From NCBI GenBank assembly GCA_050015775.1, contig JBEKAT010000001.1:1238-65237 (forward strand): DNA of 64,000 nucleotides, given 5' to 3'. Under the pieces are notes generated by a model, which saw nothing but the letters and a program-made list of their open reading frames with translations, ran no database searches and had not been told where the DNA came from. The translations under genes were made by a program, and so were the position numbers. Positions 26,548 to 34,089 of the stretch are shown here, one piece after another; the first letter of the stretch is position 1; every line of letters begins with the position of its first letter. Source of the stretch: Sedimentisphaerales bacterium. Lineage in GTDB: Bacteria; Planctomycetota; Phycisphaerae; Sedimentisphaerales; Anaerobacaceae.

Positions 26548-29154
26548 TTATTGCTGGGTCATCCATTGCCTTGCGAAAACCGCGAAATCCGCAAAATCAA
26601 CAACGCCGTCAGGTGGAACAGCAAGGTCGAAATTGGGATTCCAATTGGTATCGCCAGGAGAACTTAGCCATGCCTGAGAAAAATCAGCAAGATATGAAAT
26701 ATCCACTGTAGCGGGCAATTTAAGGTCCGAGGCAAAGTAGCCCAGAAGATAGCACATCTGGGCCTGATAGGAAATGCACGGCTCAAGAATGGACGCATTC
26801 TGAAGATTCAGGTAATATTTCCATGAGTGTTTAATATAAGGAGCTAATAAATAGTCATCGAGTATATTGATGTTGCCGCATAGATAACCCGGCACGGGAT
26901 TCAAATGGTCGAACATATAAAATGAATAATGGTCTGTGCCGTGCAGATAGTCGCTGTAGTCGCCGGTGATGAGAATCCGCGAAACGGGATTTCGGCCGCT
27001 AATCCAGTCCAAAGCATCCAGCGCGGTATCACGGTATTGAGTATTACCCGTCCATTCATAAGCTCGCAGCAGAACATAAGCATTGCCGCAAAGAAGGCCG
27101 CTGGAACCCCAGTAAAGGTCGTTGAACATAAGCATCGGGCCCCTGTAAGTGGAAGCGGATGTGTTGGCATTGTTGACAAGGAAATCCGCCTCAGCGAGGA
27201 ATGAATTCCTGATTGCAGTTCTTATGGAAGCTGTTACCGGCTGGGTGGTTTCTTCGGCATAATCCATATATCCCTTGCTGATAGCGCTGCCGCCGATTAA
27301 ACCCATATAGCCGTAATAGCTGTTGCCGCCAAATGAGGTAAGGACATCTGAAAATCTGCTTTCGAAATAGGTGCGATATTCACTCTGGCCCGTTGCCAGA
27401 TACAGCTCAATCGCCGCAAAGCTGCGATAAGGTGTATCATCGGTGATGCCGTAAGACCACTGGCCGATGCCGGGAGAACAAGGGTCATATGTGTTTGGAT
27501 GAGCTGAAAGCCACGACCAAGATAATTCCGCGCGGCTTAACAAATCCGCGCTGTATGATTCCATTCCAGGGATGGTTGAAAAGAGCGTATAGGCTTTGGC
27601 GAAGATACCGGCTAAAACACAAGGCGCTCCGCTGGATACATCTGAAACCTTCTGGAGGTTATAAACGTTTGGAGGAGCATATACTATAAAATGAACGCTG
27701 CCGTCGGTGTTCTGCATTTTTTTAAACCAGTCCAGCTGATACTTAATCAGCAGGACGAGGTCGTTTGTTTGGCTGTCTGATTCGGGAAGGTTCAGAATAT
27801 TAGGGCCGAGTTTATTTTTCTGCTGCTCGAGCATTTCCAGCAGAAGCCATAACGGGGTGATATTGTTATGGACATCCAAATGAAGGTCCCCGGCATCGAA
27901 CCATCCGCCTCTAACATCACGAGTAGTAATCCCCACATTATTCGGGTCATAGTCGTACATTTTGGTGGAGTTATTGTCATCGTAATCGTAAGCACAGGCG
28001 GAGTTGTTTGCGTAAATTGTCGGCCGTGCGTGCCCCTCAGCATAAGGTTCAGCGATTTCATTACCGCTTCGGGCATAATAGTAAAATCGAAGCGAATCAC
28101 GGAACGCTTCATTAAAAACCGTGCTGCCGATATTAAAGGCCGGAGAAGTTTGCCCTGTTTCGGGCGCATAAATGATATATCGGCCGGGCGTTGTAAAAGA
28201 AGTAAAATCGGCATGATATACGGTATCGCCGCTTGCATCCCAGGGGGCTGTTGTCAACTGGAGATTGGCCTGATAAACAACAGCGCCGGTTGAAGCATCC
28301 TTAACCTGAAAATAGGTGGGTGCAGGAGCAAAAGTGCCGGCCTCATAGCTTACAATTGCCAGTTTTCTCCCACTTGTGAGATATCCGAGCTGGTTGACTT
28401 TGACCATGTCGGCATACTGATTAGTGATACTGGGCACGACCTTAATTTTTTCAAAATACATCGTATTGGTTGAGGAGTAAGTGCCCGCCCCGGCAAGTGT
28501 GAGTGTGCCGATTCTTGTCAGGTCTATGTTACGATTACTGGCTATAAAGTCCGACATCGGAATATAAACATCCTGCCACGCCGTGGTAGAGGGAGTTACA
28601 TAATGGGAGAGCGTTACAGATGCGCTTTCGTTTGTATATGTAGTGCCTGTTCCGTTATATGAGCGGTATAAACTCTTTATCTCTTGGTCGTCAACCAATG
28701 TTATGCTGAGGTCCGCTCCTGTTGCAATTGCGCCCCACTTAACCCGTAAATACAGCAGGGGGCTTCCACCGTATCGAAGAAAATTCACCGAGTGTCCCCA
28801 ATCGAGCTCAAAGTCAACGTGCCAGGAGGAGCCGGACGGTTTTTTAGTCGTAAAAACCAAATAATCGCTACTTACCGGTACGTAATTTGTACTGCATGCT
28901 GTAAACGTTGCCGAACCGGTCTTATAGATATAAGATTTGTTGTTGTCCCAGCAGGCAGGGGAACCTGCGTCTGAATGAGCAAGGTCGAAAAAGTTAATCC
29001 CGACAGCTTCCTGGGCAGCCAAGGCAGGCCTTAGAAGGGCCGAAAGGAGTATAATTACGAAGATGCTTGTTGCTGTTTTTCTGAAAATGCGAGAACCAGC
29101 GAGTATCCGGCAAGCTGAAACAAAACAAGTTGTACCACCACCCATCATATGCAT
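26548..29154 (-). CDS. GH9-family glycoside hydrolase (endoglucanase-like) with an N-terminal extra domain, an Ig-like domain and a dockerin-like C-terminus
   Basis: Track ORF to 29199, so the start is uncertain (MHMMGGG at 29154). The hydrophobic signal ends in ALAAQ. The Ig-like domain reads VKVNQLGYL. The GH9 motif is RGGWFDAGD, with LEPCISYQA near the C-terminus. The tail reads WLSSPGDTNWNPNFDLAVPPDGVVDFADFAVFARQWM. Confidence 0.7.
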   Translation of the reverse strand: MHMMGGGTTCFVSACRILAGSRIFRKTATSIFVIILLSALLRPALAAQEAVGINFFDLAHSDAGSPACWDNNKSYIYKTGSATFTACSTNYVPVSSDYLVFTTKKPSGSSWHVDFELDWGHSVNFLRYGGSPLLYLRVKWGAIATGADLSITLVDDQEIKSLYRSYNGTGTTYTNESASVTLSHYVTPSTTAWQDVYIPMSDFIASNRNIDLTRIGTLTLAGAGTYSSTNTMYFEKIKVVPSITNQYADMVKVNQLGYLTSGRKLAIVSYEAGTFAPAPTYFQVKDASTGAVVYQANLQLTTAPWDASGDTVYHADFTSFTTPGRYIIYAPETGQTSPAFNIGSTVFNEAFRDSLRFYYYARSGNEIAEPYAEGHARPTIYANNSACAYDYDDNNSTKMYDYDPNNVGITTRDVRGGWFDAGDLHLDVHNNITPLWLLLEMLEQQKNKLGPNILNLPESDSQTNDLVLLIKYQLDWFKKMQNTDGSVHFIVYAPPNVYNLQKVSDVSSGAPCVLAGIFAKAYTLFSTIPGMESYSADLLSRAELSWSWLSAHPNTYDPCSPGIGQWSYGITDDTPYRSFAAIELYLATGQSEYRTYFESRFSDVLTSFGGNSYYGYMGLIGGSAISKGYMDYAEETTQPVTASIRTAIRNSFLAEADFLVNNANTSASTYRGPMLMFNDLYWGSSGLLCGNAYVLLRAYEWTGNTQYRDTALDALDWISGRNPVSRILITGDYSDYLHGTDHYSFYMFDHLNPVPGYLCGNINILDDYLLAPYIKHSWKYYLNLQNASILEPCISYQAQMCYLLGYFASDLKLPATVDISYLADFSQAWLSSPGDTNWNPNFDLAVPPDGVVDFADFAVFARQWMTQQ

Positions 29155-29466
29155 TATTATAACATAATTTTGTGCCTCCTGCGGTACGAATATCCTCAAA
29201 CTTCCCTATTTTTTGGAAATTTTTTGAGGCAAGGACCCCATCAAAGCACTTGTACGTCGTCAGCCAAAATGAGACAGTAAAGAGGCCTATTTTGGTTGAT
29301 GGTTTTGGCTTCTGGTTTTGGTTTGTCCCTCCCCAAAAATTACATCCGGGCTTTTAAGGCCGAGCAAACGGCTCAGTTTTTACTCGGTGTATAGGATTTA
29401 CTGCTTAGGCAAAATTGGCTTGTAGAAATGTTTTTGATCGCCATTTGAGCCTGCATTCCTCTTGTT

Positions 29467-30471
29467 TCAGTGCGTCTTTGGCGCAAGCGGCGCGGATTTC
29501 TCAACCGGCACCGGCATTGACGTGTCCGCGTCATCCAGGCCGTCGTTCCAGTTGAGTTTAGCAAGATACACACCACCTTGTGCCCAGCCGCAATGACTTA
29601 CGTACCATTGCCCGCCCACATCCCGCACCACCTCCACAGCGTGAGCAGTTATTTGCCCGACTCTATCTTGCATCGTCCATTTGAACGGGTTCTTGCTCCG
29701 AAATATGGTCGTGTTGCGATAACTGTCCTCGCAGCCCTTCTCATCCCGCGGGCCGATGAACAGATAATAATACTCGCCTCTCCTTATCACCTGCGGCGAT
29801 TCCGTAGGCCCGCCGAATGTTCCTATCGATGGGTCCGTAAATACAACCGTTCGTTCGCCCCAGTGAATAAGGTCCTTGCTCTTGCGGCACGCAACAATGT
29901 GGTTGCCGCCCCTCGGTGTGCTGGTCGCCGTATAATACATTACCCATTCATCGCCCATTTTGAGGATGTACGGGTCGCGTGCATCATAGCCATCGACAAC
30001 CATAGGATTTGCGGGATGTCGCTTCCAGGTTATTAAGTCCTTTGATGTGGCAAGGTGAATTCTGTACTCGGAATTGCCTTTTAAGCTGCCGGCACAATAG
30101 AACATGTAGTACGTCCCGTCGTACAAAATTATATGGGGTGCCCACAGATGCTTTTCACCCGCATTTGCGTCAGCTGTCAACGCGTAAGGCTTCTTATCCC
30201 ACGGCCTTTGAGTGAGTTTCATGGCCGTGGCATGGGCAAAATTGCGAGTGTCGCTTGCCGGATTTAGCGGCTCCCGGTCGGTTATGCCAAACAAATGCCA
30301 CACGCCGTCTATGTCCCGGATGAAGCAATGATCGTTAATGTACCATTTTTCCGTTTCGCTGGTACTGGGGTCATATATCTTAAAAAACTCCCCCGAACTG
30401 ACATTCCCTGCTTGGCCGCTGGATTGCAGAAAAACCATAATCATCGCAAGCAACGTCAATATGTTTTTCAT
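29467..30471 (-). CDS. secreted five-bladed beta-propeller glycoside hydrolase, paralog of 192-1145
   Basis: 334 aa with signal MKNILTLLAMIMVFLQSSG. It carries the same motifs (KWYINDHCFIRD, DARDPYI, GGPTESP). By eye it is roughly two-thirds identical to the first gene of the window. Confidence 0.65.
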   Translation of the reverse strand: MKNILTLLAMIMVFLQSSGQAGNVSSGEFFKIYDPSTSETEKWYINDHCFIRDIDGVWHLFGITDREPLNPASDTRNFAHATAMKLTQRPWDKKPYALTADANAGEKHLWAPHIILYDGTYYMFYCAGSLKGNSEYRIHLATSKDLITWKRHPANPMVVDGYDARDPYILKMGDEWVMYYTATSTPRGGNHIVACRKSKDLIHWGERTVVFTDPSIGTFGGPTESPQVIRRGEYYYLFIGPRDEKGCEDSYRNTTIFRSKNPFKWTMQDRVGQITAHAVEVVRDVGGQWYVSHCGWAQGGVYLAKLNWNDGLDDADTSMPVPVEKSAPLAPKTH

Positions 30472-30652
30472 TACTCTTCAATCCCGGAATATATGTCTTC
30501 GTTTGGCCTTCGATGTATTATCCAATTCGTAACCGTTCACGGGTATTTTCGTAGTATGCGCACCACGGCGCACAGAAAAGCGATGATGGCAAAACGCAGA
30601 ATGCTTCAGAACAGACCAAAGAACCAATTAAACCGCATTTCTGCGATAATAA

Positions 30653-30741
30653 CGGAGAGGCCGGGATTCGAACCCGGGGTACGGTTTTACCCGTACGACG
30701 GTTTAGCAAACCGTTACCTTCAGCCACTCGGTCACCTCTCC
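30653..30741 (-). tRNA. tRNA-Ser (anticodon GCT), CCA not encoded
   Basis: The reverse complement reads GGAGAGG TG ACCGAGTGGCTGAAGGT A ACGGT TTGCTAA ACCGT, then the long variable arm CGTACGGGTAAAACCGTAC, then CCCGG GTTCGAATCCCGG CCTCTCC G. This folds as a class II cloverleaf. Confidence 0.9.
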
Positions 30742-31287
30742 AAATGCTTATTTTAAAAGAACTTAAGGAAACACGCTGCGACACATTTTCTTTGAAACTA
30801 CAACCGTATGATACATTTATACTTTTGAAATTCCAAGTTCTTGTTCGGGCAAATTTCCCCTGACTTTATATCCAACAGGGCATTTTTGCAAGAAGATTAG
30901 AGACAAACTTTGTTATTTTGGAACTGATAAGAAAGGAGCCTTATAATATTCCCCAAAAACTGGACGTATGATTAAGGTGGGATTGCGGATTGGAAAATGG
31001 GTCCTCTGTTGCGGGATTATGCAAGCGGATTTCCGGGGAAGGCAGGGTGGATGAGGAAGTTTGTGCTGCGCTCCGATGGATTAAATGCCTTGGTTAGTGG
31101 CCCTTCTACTTTGCTCAGGACAGGCCGGTAATATGGCGCTTATTGGGCTGGTTGCTGGGGGATAAAAGGCCGAGTTACATCATTTTTCAGGTAAACCGGT
31201 GGGGAATCTGTGTCGATAAATAAATCGTATTGTGTAATTGGGGAAGTGGTAATACAGCATATTATAGAGATAGGGTTGGAGGCAAAT

Positions 31288-32112
31288 ATGGCTTTTGATG
31301 TAACAATAAAAGGGTACCTCGAGGAAATAGACGAGGCGCCGCTGCTTTCGGCGGAAGAAGAACACGAGATTGCTTTGCGGATAGCCGAAGATAACGACCC
31401 GGAGGCGCGCGAGCTGCTCGTTCGCAGCAATCTGCGGTTAGTAGTTAATATTGCGAAGAAATACGCCAACAGGGGCAATATGTCATTAGGCGATTTGATT
31501 GAGGAAGGCAACCTCGGATTGATAAGAGCGGTAGATTATTTTGACCCGAATCGCGGGACGCGGTTCAGCACTTACGCGGCGTGGTGGATAAAGCAGGGCA
31601 TAAAGAGCGCACAACTGGGGGATGTTCGGCCCATTCATGTGCCAGGTTATATGATTGGGCTGATTAACCAGTGGCGTCATGCAATGGCGGAGATTGAGAA
31701 CAAGCTTGGCAGAAAGCCAAACGTCGAGGAAATGGCGGACGTGACAGGTATGCCTGTGAAAAAGGCCAGGATTATCGACGAGACCGTAAAGATTCTCGGC
31801 TCGGTAAAGGACAATCAGCAACCAGAAGCAGGCGAGGAGAACCAGATATTCGACGCGAACATCAGCAACCAGAGCGTGGGCAGGCCGGAAGACGATATGG
31901 TTGATGATGAGGAAAAGGCCAAGGCGATTGGGTTTTTGAGCCGGATGGACCCGAGAGACGCGGAGATTTTGCGGCTGCATTATGGGCTTGACGGCAAACC
32001 GCCGATGGGGTTAAAGGAAATCGGCGAAAAGCTCGGTTTGACACGCGAGCGAATCCGGCAGATTCAGCACGAAGCGATGACAAAGCTCTACGAGTTTATG
32101 GAAGAGCTGTGA
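31288..32112 (+). CDS. RNA polymerase sigma factor, sigma-70 family (compact RpoD/RpoS-like, regions 1.2-4)
   Basis: Track ORF from GTG 31210. ATG 31288 follows GGAGG. Motifs are LLSAEEEHEIALRI, NLRLVVNIAKKY, GNLGLIRAVDYFDPNRGTRFSTYAAWWIKQ and, in region 4, LGLTRERIRQIQHEAM. Confidence 0.85.
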   Translation: MAFDVTIKGYLEEIDEAPLLSAEEEHEIALRIAEDNDPEARELLVRSNLRLVVNIAKKYANRGNMSLGDLIEEGNLGLIRAVDYFDPNRGTRFSTYAAWWIKQGIKSAQLGDVRPIHVPGYMIGLINQWRHAMAEIENKLGRKPNVEEMADVTGMPVKKARIIDETVKILGSVKDNQQPEAGEENQIFDANISNQSVGRPEDDMVDDEEKAKAIGFLSRMDPRDAEILRLHYGLDGKPPMGLKEIGEKLGLTRERIRQIQHEAMTKLYEFMEEL

Positions 32113-32146
32113 TTGTCCGATGCTACAGAGGATAAATAATTTTTAG

Positions 32147-32173
32147 CCACAGAGAGAACAGAGCACACAGAGA
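32147..32173. repeat. tandem 9-nt repeat (CCACAGAGA / GAACAGAGC / ACACAGAGA) downstream of the sigma factor gene
   Basis: Read directly. Related CCACAGA copies lie at 32853-32861 and 32870-32878, and CTACAGAGG lies at 32123-32131. Confidence 0.6.
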
Positions 32174-32324
32174 ATTTTTCATTTCCGATTTGCGACTCCT
32201 TATTTTAACCGTTCGTTTGTCTGCCTGAAAGACAGCGGAGAGGCAATTAACACTGGATACTGTAATTTGTAGTGGTAAAATGAAAGGAGGAACATTAGGA
32301 AACAATAGCAGGGGCACGGATATT

Positions 32325-32852
32325 ATGAGCAAGGACAGAGTGGATTTGAAAAAATATATTCGTGAGGTGGCGGATTGGCCGAAGAAGGGGATTTTGTTTC
32401 GGGATATTACGCCATTGCTGGCTGAGCCGAAGGCGTTTCAAGCTGCGATAAACGCGCTGGCGGCGGATTTTGCCGGCGCGGGGATTCAGTATGTGGTCGG
32501 CGTCGAGGCCCGCGGTTTTATCTTTGGTTCCGCGGTTGCTGAAAAGCTTAACGCCGGCTTTGTCCCGATTCGCAAAAAGGGGAAGCTGCCTTTTAAAACC
32601 GTGAGTATTACATACGACCTCGAATACGGGACCGATACCCTTGAGGTGCACCGCGACGCCATAACGGCCGGGGCAAAGGTGCTGATGGTCGATGATTTGC
32701 TTGCGACCGGCGGGACGATGTCGGGGGCGTGCAAGCTGATAGAAAAGATTGGCGGACAAATTGCGGGAATATCATTTTTGATTGAGCTGACGGAGCTTGA
32801 CGGGATAAAAAAGCTCGCAGGGTACAAGGTCAGGTCAATCATACGTTATTAG
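32325..32852 (+). CDS. apt: adenine phosphoribosyltransferase
   Basis: Track ORF from 32280; I prefer the start MSKDRVDLKKYIREV at 32325. Motifs are GILFRDITPLL, VGVEARGFIFG and the PRPP loop VLMVDDLLATGGT. Confidence 0.9.
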   Translation: MSKDRVDLKKYIREVADWPKKGILFRDITPLLAEPKAFQAAINALAADFAGAGIQYVVGVEARGFIFGSAVAEKLNAGFVPIRKKGKLPFKTVSITYDLEYGTDTLEVHRDAITAGAKVLMVDDLLATGGTMSGACKLIEKIGGQIAGISFLIELTELDGIKKLAGYKVRSIIRY

Positions 32853-32868
32853 CCACAGAACTTTTTAA

Positions 32869-33186
32869 ACCACAGAGGGTATCATTCATAACGCGAATTA
32901 CCTCGATGCGCCGCTATATGGTCTGGGGAGGGGGCCGGGCAACTGCCCGCTCGAATTGCTGGCCGGCTTTTTGAAGAACCCGAAGTTCAAGCTAAGCCCC
33001 ATCCTGAAAGTCATCGAAGAGCAGATGCTGCCGATGCAGAAGGATATTGAATGGGGCTACCTGATACCATATATGATTACTGGTATGCTGAATGAGCATC
33101 CGCGTGCGAGTATCGAGGTGCGCAAGACCGCCGACAAGGACAATTATGCGAAGTTCTACGAGGAGATACGTGACATTGTGGGTTAA
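32869..33186 (+). pseudogene. C-terminal remnant of an HMGL-like (pyruvate carboxyltransferase-type) aldolase
   Basis: The frame is open only from 32869 and reads TTEGIIHNANYLDAPLYGLGRGPGNCPLELLAGFLKNPKF ... MLNEHPRA. GLGRGPGNCPLE resembles the G-x-G-E/R-R-A-G-N segment near the end of the HMGL barrel. The N-terminal two thirds are missing. The track ORF starts at TTG 32956. Confidence 0.5.
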
Positions 33187-34079
33187 GGCCGACGTTGTGT
33201 TTCATCCTGTTTTGTAACAGCAATCGCTACGCGGTCGAGATTGGAGTAGTCCTTTTCTATCTTTACAGTGCCAAAGTACCCGGATGTTTCGAGCAGGTTA
33301 CAAACCGCGTTTCCCTGTTCGTTGCCGATTTCGAGCATAAGTGTCCCCGTGGGTTTCAAATGCTGGTTGGCATCGGCGATGATTTTTTTGATAATATCCA
33401 GCCCGTCCTGACCCGCGGTCAGGGCGGACTTAGGTTCGAAATCTTTTACGTTTGGGGCTAACTTCTCGTAATCAGGTTCACTGACGTAAGGGGGGTTACA
33501 CACAATCAGGTCGAATCTGGCGGGGCCGAGTCCCGCGATGACCGGCTCAAATAAGTCGCCCTGCAAAAGTTTTATCCGGTTCATCAAGCCGTGTTTTGCG
33601 ACGTTTTTTTCGGCGATAGCCAGGGCGGCGTCTGAGATATCGGTAGCGACTATCCGGCAGTCGGCGAAATTTCTCGCTATGGCGATTGCGACACAGCCGG
33701 AGCCGGTACAAAGGTCGCAGATGAATTGTTCGCTATTTCGCGTTCGCAAAAATTCAATTGCGCATTCGACAAGTATTTCAGTTTCGGGGCGGGGAATGAG
33801 GCAATCCTTTGTTATTTCAAATTCGAGGGAGTAGAATTCTTTTTTGCCGGTGAGATACGCGATTGGTTCGTGTGCGCCTGCCCGTTTTACCAGTTCGTGA
33901 AGCTGTGAGAGTTGTTCCTGCCCCACGACTTTGTTGAATTGAGTATATAACTCGATGCGTTTGATGCCGAGCACATAGCATAGCAGCCATTCCGCGCTCA
34001 ACCTCGGCGAGTCAACGCCCTTGCCGGTGAAATACTCCGTGACCCAGCTCAGCAGTTTTTGTATCGTCCAGGATTCCAT
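33183..34079 (-). CDS. prmC: peptide chain release factor N5-glutamine methyltransferase
   Basis: 298 aa with the SAM motif DLCTGSGC and the NPPYV motif (LIVCNPPYVSE). HemK-like N-terminus. Confidence 0.85.
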   Translation of the reverse strand: MESWTIQKLLSWVTEYFTGKGVDSPRLSAEWLLCYVLGIKRIELYTQFNKVVGQEQLSQLHELVKRAGAHEPIAYLTGKKEFYSLEFEITKDCLIPRPETEILVECAIEFLRTRNSEQFICDLCTGSGCVAIAIARNFADCRIVATDISDAALAIAEKNVAKHGLMNRIKLLQGDLFEPVIAGLGPARFDLIVCNPPYVSEPDYEKLAPNVKDFEPKSALTAGQDGLDIIKKIIADANQHLKPTGTLMLEIGNEQGNAVCNLLETSGYFGTVKIEKDYSNLDRVAIAVTKQDETQRRP

Positions 34080-34089
34080 CGGCTTTTGG

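Noticed and set aside
30518-30784. 88-aa minus-strand ORF
   Set aside because: It overlaps the tRNA-Ser gene, so the apparent ORF is a by-product of the tRNA sequence.
32123-32173. Tandem short repeats considered as a CRISPR array
   Set aside because: The units are 7-12 nt, directly adjacent and without spacers, and there are no cas genes. They are not CRISPR.
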